Shown: positions 13,782-26,939, counted from the stretch's first letter. The stretch is 64,000 nt of DNA from Octopus vulgaris (GCA_951406725.2 OX597815.1:177940001-178004000); one strand, 5' to 3'. Made by a program: numbers and translations. Notes: a model not told the origin generated them from the letters alone.

Positions 13782-14512
13782 TGAGTAGACATCCAGGAAC
13801 TATGATGTCGTTGATAATATGTCCCCATACAGCAATTATTGATTCGTAATGTGTATATCCATGCAGAAATAGTGCTTACACAGGGGCGCGGTCGTGCATA
13901 CATAAACACACACACACATACACACACACATAGGTAGGTGATTAACATTTACACACAAATTCAGAGGTACATATAGATCGATGTCCATATAAGCAAGTGT
14001 TGACATATGCACATACGATATTCATTGAATCTAAAAACATAAACGATGTTTTATCGGCATTCAACTTTTGACCAGGACGTATTGATATCACCAGTCGATA
14101 CGCAACGACCATTGAGTATTTCGATCTTAGACTGCAACATTGTCTCGTTCGTGAATCTGATGTGGTGGTCAGATCACCGCTCATTTTCCCCTCCTGACTT
14201 CCATCTTAACTCCTCCTTTCGCTTGTTTTATAGCCAGCAACAGACTCTTTCTGCCGCCTCGGCTATCATTTATGGTTTTATCTTGGTAAGTTGTAGTAGT
14301 AGAATTTATCTCTTCTGATCCATTTTATGGTTCAGGTTTGCAGATTATATAGTCAGATCATTCCGTATTCTAAATTATATTGTGGTTATTGTAAATGGAA
14401 TTATGCTCTTCGTAACAGACCATTCTCTTCGAAACAATCCAATATTAACGAAGCGTTTACGCCGACTGCATCAAGTGTCCGCTGTACATTATCACTATTA
14501 TATTTAAGAAAA

Positions 14513-14720
14513 AGGGAGCGAGTTACTAGAATCGTTAGCATGTCGGACAAAATGCTAAGCGACGTTTTGTCCGTCTTTACATTCTGAGTTCAAATTCCGA
14601 CGCGGTCGACTTTGACTTTCTTTCATCCTTTCGGGGTCAATAAAATTAGGATTGTGGCCGATATAATCGACTTACCCCGTCACCCGAAATTGCTGGCCTT
14701 GTGCCAAAATTTGAAACCGG
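14513..14720 (+). mobile_element. Family A SINE
   Basis: CTGAGTTCAAATTCC, GTCGACTTTG...TTTCATCCTTTCGGGGTC. Confidence 0.8.
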
Positions 14721-15527
14721 TATTACATTTTTTAAAAAGTGCATTATAATAATCACATCTTTGTCTATACAAAATTTAAACCGATATATAACCTTCACAA
14801 TCATAAGATACTTGATTATAATGCTAAATGAACCGTTTTAACGATATCAAATGATAACGTGTCGATCAGTACGATGTTCCCATAAATAGGTTGCGTATAA
14901 AAGAGTAAATTCCTATCCTACTTATTATATTTGCTGTATTCATTGAGAAGAAGATTAACTCAACTCGCTCCCAGCATATTAAAAAAGAATATATTGTAGC
15001 TATTCCATGATGTCAACCTGATATAGACTGAAGACATGGTTTCCAGGAAATATTTCTACTCTCATCCGCTGCAAGGTGCATAGAGTAAAACAAAGAATAG
15101 CTGGATATGCACCATAAATTATATTCGAAACAAACAAACAAAAAACGGAAAACAGAAATAATTTTACACAAAATTCGTTGAGCAAAACATGTATCATATT
15201 CCTTCAACTCGTGTTACATTCAGACATTCGTTATGGAGATTAATATTAATTTATGCCTTCTACGATGCTGAACAATTCGGTGTTTAGCATAAAATTTACT
15301 GCAGCTGACAAAAACTATTGAATACGTGACAGAGTAAATCACGGAAGAATTTACCAGCTAACCAGAAAAACAATATTCATTATTATTTGAAAATTCTAGT
15401 GGACGACTAGAGCTGTGCATCTTTCATAACTCTCACTATTCCCCATATCGTGTAAATTTTACAGAGTGATTATTCTTTATATACAACGTGCACAGTGATA
15501 TTTAGATTTCACAAAACTATTTACAGT

Positions 15528-15622
<95 letters not shown>

Positions 15623-15644
15623 TTATATACATATATATATATAT

Positions 15645-15726
<82 letters not shown>

Positions 15727-16094
15727 TGTACGTGTGAGTACATGTATGTATGTTAATGTATATTTATAAGTAAAACACGGATAAGTTTTACGTGTAATCT
15801 TTTTCCAATTTTCTTTTCAATATAACAGAAATCTCTGTAAACACAACCATCACATTCCATCGACGTAATGCTATCATCAGGATGTCCTGGCAGATGATCA
15901 CGCAGAATAATTGTGTTTTGTTCCTATATTGTGTCTAAACTTCGTTTGTATTCGGTTCCAGCAAAGCGTAATCAAGCTTGTTGAGCAGCGCTAATGGAAA
16001 AGTTTTGCTGTATTCTCCACGTATTGATTCGAGATTGGTTCACTATGCATAAAGATTTCTCGGTCAAATCACTCTTTTTTTTTCATCATCTCTT

Positions 16095-16310
16095 ATTTGT
16101 TTCGGACTGCGGCCATGCTGGAGCACCGCCTGCAAGAATTTTAGTCGAAGGAACAGATCGACCCCAGAATTTATTGTCTGTTTTCAAGCCTGGTAATTAA
16201 ACGGTGCCTTTGACGAACCACTAAGTCACTGGGATGAAAACACCCACCAAGACCGCTTGATAAGCGGTGGGAGACAAACTCAGACAGAAATACGCGTACA
16301 TACACACAAG
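16095..16310 (-). mobile_element. SINE family B, 3' half
   Basis: GCGGCCATGCTGGAGCACCGCC...GAACCACTAAG...GGAGACAAAC, matching 57720-57940. Confidence 0.7.
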
Positions 16311-16681
16311 TCTTATATAAATATATATATATAAAACAAAGATGTACAGGTGCCGTAATTAATCGTAATTAATTGACACCTGTAGATCTTTGTTACTTAT
16401 TTATATTCTGTTCACCTAACTTGGAATCTGCGCTTCGAAAATACTATAGAAAGTACCTTTAGCAAAAGTACATATCTGACTTACCAGGAGCCGATAATTT
16501 CACTTAGCTGAGTTGCGTTGTCTGCACACGCGACAGGAATGTTGCGTACAAATACCTCTACACGGAGTCTTGATATTCAATTTTCAAACATTATTGTTGT
16601 GTAGATTAAACCGAACAAGCAAGCTGCCTCAATTTAAGTACCTTATTCAAATGAATCTTAATTATATATATATATATATAT

Positions 16682-17026
16682 TTCGTTTTTGGATTTGGTT
16701 TGCAAGATTCTTTATGTGAGTTCGTGTGTTGAAACACATTCTGTTGTGTCTGTGGAGATTCATTCTCTTTTAGTGCTTTATAACTAATCACACTCACCGG
16801 AAAATTTCCACGCGTTTCCTTCTTTATTTTCCTAAAATTTTCTTTGCATCTTGCAACCTTTTCAAAACTATTGGAAAGGTTGCAAGATGCAACGAAAATT
16901 TTAGAACACTAAATAAGAAATAAGTGGAAATTTTACCGGTAAATGTGTTAAATTATAAGACACAACAGAATATGTTTCAACTCACGAACTCACATAAAGA
17001 ATCTTGCAAACCAAATCCCAAAACTA
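16682..17026. mobile_element. Fold-back (hairpin) element in (TA)n with hammerhead-like motifs at its centre
   Basis: Arms GTTTTTGGATTTGGTTTGCAAGATTCTTTATGTGAGTTCGTG... / ...CACGAACTCACATAAAGAATCTTGCAAACCAAATCCCAAAAC meet at ~16867; (TA)n on both sides. Confidence 0.85.
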
Positions 17027-17039
17027 TATATATATGAGT

Positions 17040-17245
17040 GCATTCGGCAGATGGAAACTGGAAGAAGGCTATTGTATATATAATATAGGTATATATACAT
17101 ATATATGTGTGTGTGTGTGTGTATTTGTGCTTGTCCCACCCCACACACACACAGCGCATGACAACCGGTACTGGTGTGTGTACGTACCTGTAACATAGCA
17201 GTTCGGCGAAAGACACTGATAGAATAAATACCAGGCTTTAACAAA
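17040..17245 (+). mobile_element. SINE family B fragment
   Basis: GATGGAAACTG.AAGAAG, internal TA/GT repeat, TGACAACCGG...GTTCGGCGAAAG...GATAGAATAA.TACCAGGCTT. Confidence 0.7.
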
Positions 17246-19099
17246 ATAAGCATTCCAAATAAGCATGTCACAAGATAGCCGCAGTTTAATGACTGAAGCA
17301 AATAAAATACACAGTAAAGAGACACTTACGTGAAGTGTCATACTTTGGGATTGAAACCCAAAGAGACATATCCGTCGAAAAAGAACGAGAAGTAATTGGG
17401 TACGAAGGAACATGTTCGAAACCCGCGCAAGTCTATAGTGGTTATTCTTGTATTGTGGCCATAATAGAAAACATCTGCTGAATAATTCTAGCAGACAGAT
17501 CGAAAGAGTCTATGTTTGCAAAACGTAGTCAATAAGCACGCAATGAAAATTGGGACGAATTCAAAAGTCGAAAATACAAACATACATACATACATACATA
17601 CATACATACATGCATACATACATGCATACGTGAGTACGCAAATATATGTCTGCACTTGTGTGCGTGTGAGTAGGTGCTTCATACTGTTGGCTTTAGTCGT
17701 TGATACTCTTCGATAAATCTGAGATAATTATTCTGGCCTTACCGCTACGTACGGTTGACTAACGCCAATAATCCGGTTTACCAACACTAACGTCAATAAT
17801 CCGGTTTACTAACATCCAATTCACTTTCTACACACACTTCGCACACTGGTGTCTATTAAGCATTTTACATTTTGGAACGGAAGCACAAAATTTCCCTTTC
17901 TCTCTCTGACCCTCCACCTCTCTCTCTCTCTCTCTCTCTCTTCTTTCTTTCTCCCCTCTTTCTCTTTCTCTCTCTCTCTCTCTTTGTTTCTCCTCCTATT
18001 TCTCTTTTTTTCTCTCTCTCTCTTTCGATATGCATATTTGTGTATGTCTGTGTATCTAACTTTGCACGAATTTATTTTTCTATTTTCCCAATAACCTGTT
18101 CCTTCATTTTGTTTTGAAAACGATGGTAACAACCTTCACCATAAAGAAGTTGTCTTGCAAATTCATCATTTTTCAGGTATTTAAGATGCGTTGTGAGCTT
18201 TGGTTGTCTAGTTTGAGCATATTGTTCCGTCCTTTTGTTAACCTACACTAACAGTTGTTGATCACAGACGCACAGGTAACCTTATCACCGAATGTGAGAT
18301 GTCAGACATTATAGTTTCGAATCGTCTTCACATTGTGTATCTGACACTCGTATTTGTTGTCCAAATATCTACCGATTTATTCATAAATATGTTGGGTACT
18401 CAATCTGTTACCACATTGACATTATCATGATCGATATACATCTACTCAAACATATTCTTCACCGACTGAATTGAGGGTCAGATACCCATGTCGATGAGGC
18501 AGCTGTATTTAAAACCTCTGAAACGATTATGAAAGAACGTTTTAATTACGTACACTTCCGTTTCGAGATTCAATCGTTGTTTTTTGGTGTCTTCTGAATA
18601 TTGTGTTACTCTCAACGTTAGCATGGAGTCGATACTTTTGTCCACTCACCATTGTTCTTATAAAAATGGATTTAGATTATATGTCCACTCGTCTACGTAT
18701 TATAAATCATAGCAATATTTCATAGAGTTTTTCTTTCAGGATCAGGAAATTGAGCGCAAACTATTTTATCAAGATTATTATCGTCAATCCTACCATCTTA
18801 CTCTAAGAGGATTAAAGCAAAAGCGCAGGGAATGCCATGATGTTGAAATTCTAAAGAATGACAATATGCCACAGGTTGGCCGATTCTTAAGGATAACATT
18901 CATTAAGTTATTTAGCTTCATGCTAAGAACTGTGGCTATCAAAACTGGTCTATCAAGTTGATATTGGCTGAGTAAAAAGTTCATTTAGCATTTCTGGCCA
19001 TTTGGGACCAGCAGTCATATTAATGAATAAGCTTGGAATCCAAATATCGTCCCAAAGTGACTTTATTCACACTACATGCATAAATACATACATACATAT

Positions 19100-19645
19100 A
19101 TGGTGGCTGCCCCCTAGTTATCGAGTATGGCCATTGCACGAAGCTTAATCAATGTTGTTATCGTGCAATGCCTGTGCAAGAAGATTTTTTTAAAGTGAGG
19201 AAAGGCTGTGCACTGAGTCAATCCCACTCACTAAGCAATAGCAGCCATAATCCGAAAAGAAGAACAAGTCAACATCATCGGTAACCACTGAGCCGCAGGT
19301 TTTATGTCGGAGTTATCCCAGTTTCCTGAGTTACCTTCTCCTAGAAGGATGCCCTAACAAAGGCTAGGAGTCCTTCACTCCCAATGGTTTAACCGCGCGA
19401 TCGGGTATTCAGTCCGATTATTTCTATGTCCCCGCGCATGATACAGTCTTAAGGCATTTATTGGATGGCCGTTGACTCTCAAGAGTTCCTCCACCCATTG
19501 ACGGGTTTTGTTTTTCATCCCGCAGGATGTCCAATAAACACCCTCCTCACCAAGCAAGCTTGGTGGGGTTGCCGGTTTAGTCGCCAACGACCGACCATGC
19601 AACAGGTTGTACTGGGTTACATGATACCAGTAGCACTCGAAAGTG
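19100..19645 (-). mobile_element. LINE (RTE-like) 5' UTR/non-autonomous derivative
   Basis: GC-rich non-coding island between (CATA)n tracts; TACCTTCTCCTAGA.GGA.GCC..ACAA.GGCTAGGAG motif of the kind seen in RTE-associated 5' regions; related to 11995-12235. Confidence 0.5.
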
Positions 19646-21175
19646 ACCTGACATACATATATACATACATACATACATACGTTAGTACGCAAATATATAT
19701 GTCTCCTCATGTGTGCCTGTGTGTAGGTGTTTCATGCTGCTGACTTTAGTCGTTGATACTCTTCGATAAATCTGATGTATATGATGTTAGGTTGCACCAT
19801 ATTCAGGGCAATCTTGCTGATGCTGTGTCAAAATTTTATTCTTATGACAGAAGCTGATAAATTTTCTCCGAGTGGGAAATTCTTCTTAAATGTTTAATGA
19901 ATCTCAAAATAGTTTTCATTTTGTTTCTGATGTTTAGTGTCTTCTTGTCTATCATTTTGTTTCGTTGTTGTTTTTTTTTTGTTTTTCTATATCATTTATC
20001 TCGTTTACTAATTTCTCTGTTAGCAATAAACATCTATATTCTTTTTTCGCTATTTATGATTTAGAAACTTCTGCATATATATGTATATATATATATATAA
20101 AAACCAGCTTAGAGAAGAAGAAGAAACGAAACGAAACCAAACGAATCGAATGCTGTTGCGTTTTGTTCTCGCCTTTACAAAAACTTGTGCTTTTTCTCTT
20201 CTTGCCCATATTGAAGTTGTTCTTGGAATAAATATTTCAGTGACATATAGAACTGGCAGGTGTCAAGCTTTCTGCAACAAATATCAGGTTGAATCTCAGC
20301 TTCCTTATATGCTGCTCACTGAAAGACTCATAGACATTGTTGTTAATTGTCTCATAATTTCAGCATTATTTTGGTGGTGCCGTAAAGCTGTTTCATCAGT
20401 TTTATTCTATCATTCTCTTCGATTTTATTCTGCGATAATTTTTTTGGGTTTCTTGTATTTTATGCATTCTCCTTTGCTCCGTTCCTTCAGGTGATATCTT
20501 GTCCTATCTGCAATTCTTTCTCTCTCCCTTTTTCTACCTTTTCTCTTTCTTCTAGCGATGATTTTCTTCTGTGAGCTATATCGTCTGCTTCTACTCTTCT
20601 TATTTTCTTAATGCAATAAGTCTTTCCGTATGTTTCCTTAAACATTCATTTCTTCTCTTAGCTTGATGTTCATATTCAATTTCCTGCAAAAATTAGCATT
20701 TCCTGCATTGGACATTTTTAGTTCCTGCAGCTGCTACGTCACCTTGTCTTTTCGTTTTTTGTCTTGTGCTACAGTTTGATACTGTTCTTACTTTTTTTCT
20801 TATTCAAGCAACCATCATTTATGAAACTTTACACAAACATTAGCGTCACTCAGCAGCAGATAGTCCATGCGCAATTTGGAACTTTTTTTAAAAAATCTTA
20901 ATGATTCGTTAATTAAGAAAAGGCAGAAGGAAAATAATCGTAATATATTTTTCACGCTGGTCATCTTTACAGATTTTCTTCTTTAGTTCTGTTGAAAAAC
21001 TTTATGCATGAAATATACTATTAATATATCTGTCGCTCGCTCTTTCGGTCACATAATACTTACAATTCTTACACTCCCGGCCTCCCACCTTCGATATCTG
21101 TCTTCCTGATGCCTGCTAAATTAAGTCCCTTTGACATCACAAAGTGTCACTTGTTTGACAGGTAACTTCTTTCAC

Positions 21176-21177
<2 letters not shown>

Positions 21178-21273
<96 letters not shown>

Positions 21274-21286
21274 CAGATAGACAGAC

Positions 21287-21374
<88 letters not shown>

Positions 21375-21375
21375 G
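21178..21375. repeat. (GA)n(GATA)n microsatellite
   Basis: Directly visible; similar tracts at ~41175, ~49970, ~50980 and ~55190. Confidence 0.95.
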
Positions 21376-21440
21376 CGTGTATATATAAATATATATATGT
21401 ATATACATTCATAAATATGCATATGCTTATATAGATATGC

Positions 21441-21475
<35 letters not shown>

Positions 21476-21483
<8 letters not shown>

Positions 21484-21664
21484 GAAATGAGGTACTCAAA
21501 AAATCGGATGGTTTATATTTACAGATATTTATTTGTATATTACATTTTTTTTATATATCATATAACTTAGATCATGTATTAGCGCTTTCTCCCATTCTAG
21601 TGGGGTTTTCAAATAAATATCTGTAAACCATCCGATGTTCTGAGTACCTCATTTCTTCTAATAT
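21476..21664. mobile_element. Small fold-back element in (TA)n
   Basis: ~55 bp arms TTAGAAGAAATGAGGTACTCA...TTACAGATATTTATTTG / CAAATAAATATCTGTAA...TGAGTACCTCATTTCTTCTAA; ~75 nt spacer. Confidence 0.85.
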
Positions 21665-21692
21665 ATAATACCTGTACATCATCTCCAAACCT

Positions 21693-21744
<52 letters not shown>

Positions 21745-21754
21745 GTGTATATAC

Positions 21755-21930
21755 ATGATAGATCCGTAGCCACTACACAGATTTTTTTTCTCTCCTTGTT
21801 TCTTTCTGTGGAAGAGCGTAGGCTCGAAGCGTAAAAGACTTTTTCAATTCCTGACCGTTATACTAATACATCTGTTTGTTTTCTACACCACCTGACTTCG
21901 TCTTTTGTTTTTTCGTGAATGCTCCCCCTA
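21755..21930 (+). mobile_element. Short PLE-tail-like element with degenerate minimal hammerhead
   Basis: TCTTT CTGTGGA A GAGC GTAG GCTC GAAG CGT A AAAGA at 21801-21838; same family at 47560-47720, 43800-43975 (minus) and ~9100-9290. Confidence 0.6.
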
Positions 21931-21980
21931 TATACATTTATGTATATATATATATATACACACGCATATATATATATATA

Positions 21981-22028
<48 letters not shown>

Positions 22029-22046
22029 GTGTGTATACATATATAC

Positions 22047-22134
<88 letters not shown>

Positions 22135-22650
22135 TTACATATATATATATGTGTGTGTGAGAGAGAGAGTTTCTGTAAAGCTGTGAAATATATTGATTTA
22201 TATACGTATATACATGTTTAGGTGCCTGTATGCATGTATGGAAGTAGGTTTCTACATTGTTCCTCTGTATATACATTAATCTACAAGCTGAAGTATATTT
22301 GTAGGACTGAAACCTATCTTGTCACAGTCTAGCGATTTTTGACTCTATGGACATCAAGGTTGTCTGCAAATTTTCATAGTTGAAGGAATAAATGGTTATT
22401 GGTTTATTGATTGTCATGAATTTTCCTATAGGGGTAAAAAAGCCTTCAGGGGTTGGTTTTTGACTATTTGTATCTTGTCTTCATATCGATACTCGATGAT
22501 ATATCACATAATGATCTCGTTTGTAGCTGCTTTAGCAATTATTTAAGCCCATTTATATTTTTCTATGGCTGCAGGCCGGGCCATATGGTGATGAAGAGGT
22601 CCATACCGCAATCGCATACCATCGTATGTAAAATACGCTAAATTGGCAAG

Positions 22651-22699
<49 letters not shown>

Positions 22700-23290
22700 A
22701 CATACGTGTTTTATAAAGCCAAAACAATGCAAGTAATCAACCATCATAGGCTTCGATAGGTTTTACTCTTTGCATTTCAATATGTCAGGGGGTTAGGACC
22801 TCTCCTTCAGGAAATCTTCGAAGAAATGATGTTGTTAACTGACATACTTGTTCAGTAGTGTGTCCCTATGAAGGCTCGTTTTCCGTTACTATAGTAACCA
22901 ATCAGCTACGTGCAGTTCGCCTCTGTTGTTTAATACGCGGGTTTTACATGTTAATTGAAATAGTTTGTTTTATTCTAAACTTGTCAATATTTTTTACTGC
23001 AACTCCTATAGAAACATGGACGTTTTGATGGTAGCTTTCCCATAGATCTTGTTTTACAGGTAAGAACTGTTGTAATTTGCTGTGCGATCCGTAGGGAGGC
23101 CGACATAAAACAAAACCATATGTGCAATGCCCCACTGTCGATCAACGTAGAAAATATATGATTGCAGTACAGTGCTTGGAAGAATATAAGAAGATGTAAG
23201 GCAAATGGAATGAAGTTTACTTAGGAATAATCATCAGACAAGTACACACACGTATTAAAGAACAACTCTATTTCAATTGTTGCTTCGTCA
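22700..23290. mobile_element. Rearranged PLE GIY-YIG endonuclease relic
   Basis: Plus strand EVYLGIIIRQVHTRIKEQ (~23212-23265, YIG..R.L.TR.KEH-like); a minus-strand endonuclease C-terminus-like segment at ~22900-23050 is less certain. Confidence 0.45.
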
Positions 23291-23479
23291 AGAAACACCT
23301 ACTGTAATGATACAGACGCGCACGCACGCACATAGGTCTTGCAGATAAAGTGAAACAAGTTTTACGATGCATAAAACTGGTTATAAATACTAGAATAATG
23401 AATGTAGACTGATATAATTTTAATGTAACATTTATTACAAACTACTTCTAATATACATAAGATGTTACATTCGAGATGA

Positions 23480-24070
23480 TTGGGACATGTTAAACATCTC
23501 CCAAAATGAGTAAAGGAAAATACTTACGGTAGCCTTTGATATTGTAAACCTGTATACTAATGTTTCGCATAATTATGGATTAGAAGCAACTCAGTTCTGG
23601 CTGGAAAAATATCAAGAAGAACTACCGGAACATATTAGCAAAAACTTCATAATTGAATCATTAAAATTTATTCTCCAGTAAAATCACTTTATGTTTGACA
23701 ATCACTTCAAGTTTGATACAACTACATACCGAGAAAACTTTGGAGTTGTGATGGAAGCCAAGGCAGTTCCCATTCTTGCAAACCATACAATGAATTATTT
23801 GAAGCTAACAGTATATCAGTAATCACTCAGAAAATACGGAAATCCTCTTTTTCCAATGCATAAAGGAAAATCAGAAAAGATATTTGGATGACTTTTCCAT
23901 TCTATGCAATGAGAACATGGAGAAACTTTTGGAATTCAAAACACTTCTCGATAGTATAAATACAAATATACAATTCACAATGGAACACAACAAAGAAAGA
24001 ACGTCCTTTTCGAGACATACAACTCATAATCGCCAATAAAGATAGGAACCGACATATTTTACAAAACATC
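23480..24070 (+). pseudogene. Penelope-like RT remnant (different clade from the 28-33 kb element)
   Basis: VAFDIVNLYTNVSHNYGLEA...ILQ*NHFMFDN...FGVVMEAKAVPILAN...KRYLDDFSIL...SINTNIQFTMEH; stops and frameshifts. Confidence 0.8.
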
Positions 24071-24339
24071 ATTTTAATGATAAAGTATGCGATTATTTGA
24101 TATTGTTGAGATAATTAGTAATAAGGTATAAATCTAGGAAAGCTAATAGGGTGCCGCACCAAACAAGGAAACGCAATGCTTTATAGGTAACAATAGGCAA
24201 CCTGTGATGTCCCTCTACACTCCATCATTCACAGCTGCACCGGTTCATAATGGTAAATGAAAGCATCTCTGGCCTTTGCAAATAATGTTAGAAACCCTCT
24301 CATTTCTCTCTTCAGTAATTGGAAACATCGTGCCAACAA

Positions 24340-24765
24340 GCCAGTACCTATTTCTTTACTACCCACAAGGGGCTACACACAGAGAGGACAAACAAGGGCA
24401 GACAAACTGATTAAGTCGATTATATCGAGCCCAGTACGTAAATGGTACTTATTTAATCGACCCCGAAAGGATGAAAGGCAAAGTCGACCTCGGCGGAATT
24501 TGAACTCAGAACGTAACGACAGACGAAATACCAATTTCTTTACTACCCACAAGGGGCTACACACAGAGAGGACAAACAAGGGCAGACAAACGGATTAAGT
24601 CGATTATATCGACCCCAGTACGTAAATGGTACTTATTTAATCGACCCCGAAAGGGTGAAAGGCAAAATCGACCTTGGCAGAATTTGAACTCTGAACGTAG
24701 CGGCAGATGAAATACCGCTGAGCATATCGCCCGGCGTGCTAACGATTCTGCCAGCTCACCGCCTT
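24340..24765 (-). mobile_element. Family A SINE with ~180 bp tandem duplication of its 3' part
   Basis: ATTTCTTTACTACCCACAAGGGGCTACACACAGAGAGGACAAACAAGGGCAGACAAAC occurs at ~24351 and ~24534. Confidence 0.85.
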
Positions 24766-25224
24766 AACAAACCAGTGCCTATGCCCAACAATTTATTCAA
24801 TCTCTCTCTCTCTCTCTCTATCTCTTTCCCTCTCTCTCTCTCTCTCTCTCTCTCTGTGTTTCTCTTTCTGCTTATCCCTTTCCTCCCCCACCGCCTTGTC
24901 TTTTTCTTATTCTGCTGTGTAGAATATATCCTAATCTTTACCAACACGTTACACTTTGTACTCTTATCAATAATTCAACAGTTTCGAACTCCGACAACCA
25001 ACTCTCTCTATCCTATCATCATAATCTTGATGAAGGCAACATTTTACGGTACACGTCAACTCCTTGAGTTTTCTCTCTTCTTCGGCAGAAGAGCGAGAGT
25101 TAACTTCGTATCGATCCAACGCACACAAAATTCAAACTGCGCAGTATTATTCTTTTTAAATAACATCTCGAAATAGACGCCCAAAATTTTGCCCGAATGC
25201 GAGCATTTTCGGGGTAAGGGCCCA

Positions 25225-25378
25225 GTTTAAACTTTTACTTATTTCATTGACCCTCGAAAGGTCGAAAGACGAAGTCGCATCCCGGTGGAATTTGAACTGC
25301 GAACGTAAAGACGGAAGAAATGTTGCAAAGCATTTTGTCCGGCGTGTTACAACAATTCTACCAACTCACTGCGTTAAC
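25225..25378 (-). mobile_element. Degenerate family A SINE
   Basis: CGAAAGG...AAAGACGAAGTCG...GGAATTTGAACT. Confidence 0.65.
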
Positions 25379-25607
25379 AACTCAAAATATTTTATTAAAG
25401 CCAAATTTATCAAAAAATCGATATTTCCACAAAATATTCCACAAATTATGCGATACTCTCATAAGAAGTAAGCATATATTCGACAATGCTATATTCGCTC
25501 AGGTGTAGTCAACAACCACAAACACAATAACGAAATCGTTGTCAAACGAAACACATAGAAACTCCAAAGTCTTCGCATAACACATACGTGCACACGTGTA
25601 TGCACAT

Positions 25608-25645
<38 letters not shown>

Positions 25646-26741
25646 GCAGCTGTTCAAATTTATGCGTGTATTTGCATGTGTATAAGAATGTATGTGTACT
25701 TGCGTGTGAGTATGTGCATGCACTGTAGGCTCTGCTGTTCTAAGTATTTGTGTACCTAACACTAACACACACACACACATACACACACACGCACACACAC
25801 ATACGCACACACACTCACTCACACACACAGACACTCACTCACACACACACACGCACACACACACACTCACACACATACACACACATAAACACACAAATAC
25901 ACACACACCCACAAACACACACACACACACACACGCATATATATATATATATATATATCGTCTTTGCAACTGCTGTTCTGAATATGGCGTTTCGATTCAT
26001 TGATGAAATTGAGGTTGGGATTTCCTTGAATCATCCCATCCATCAATCGCTTCCTGTCACATCGAAATATCACGTCATATGTCGATGACGCTCTCTAACA
26101 CACACACACACACACACCCACACAATCTATTACATCAAGTTTGCTCAGATGTTCGGCTTTGTCCATCACACACGTTGTCGTAGATAATATCGAATTATTT
26201 ACACAAAAGCTAGTAAACAACTACTCTGTCTGATCACGTCTGCTTCTTTGAAGTTACTCTAAACATACCCATCCCAGTTAACCCGTCCCTGTTTATTGAT
26301 GCCCAAATATAAATACTGCATTACCTGTTCGAACAACCAAATATCTGACTGTCTAGTCTAGTTAAGAAATCCGACGTCACCATCGGTTTTTATCAAATGA
26401 TACACAAACATATTTTCCTCTGTGTCTCTGTCTTCTATTTGATAGTCAAAAATGATTATTTCCTTGCTACACAAATACATGTGCCCCCCATTGGATTTGG
26501 GCATATAGGTTCATTCATCCAAGTGCATATCTGTAGATTTGTTCATTCGGGCTTGACGAGGTGGGCCGCATGTACTCTACCACATGGTGGTGGTGGTGGT
26601 GGTGATGATGAAGATGATGATAACGACGATGACACACATGTAAGTTCACACAAATGCATGCACATAAACATACTTTTATCTTTTCAAGAAATTTATAAAA
26701 TATCACCACATCATTTACTGACGAGAAGTTTCTTCTCACAG

Positions 26742-26939
26742 CTTACTCACTAGTCATCGGCTCACAAGAAATTATATCCTGCTCATGGATTTGCGCAGAT
26801 GTTGTACTGCCATGGCGTAAAGCCAATATTATCAACGCCAATGACTGCGGACCCGGTGAACCTGAAAACCACGATATGGGCAAAGCTTCTGCTTTCATAA
26901 TCCATAAATTCTGTTTGAACCAGCTTTCAGGCTTCGTCG
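26742..26939 (+). CDS. Candidate internal coding exon of an unidentified host gene
   Basis: TTTCTTCTCACAG acceptor, G|GTAAAT donor, 198 nt, phase 1-1, open frame YSLVIGSQEIISCSWICADVVLPWRKANIINANDCGPGEPENHDMGKASAFIIHKFCLNQLSGFV; antisense frame also open, so ambiguous. Confidence 0.3.

Noticed and set aside
19560-19645. HDV-like ribozyme in the RTE-like 5' UTR
   Set aside because: Plausible from what is known of RTE elements, but the nested pseudoknot could not be mapped by eye
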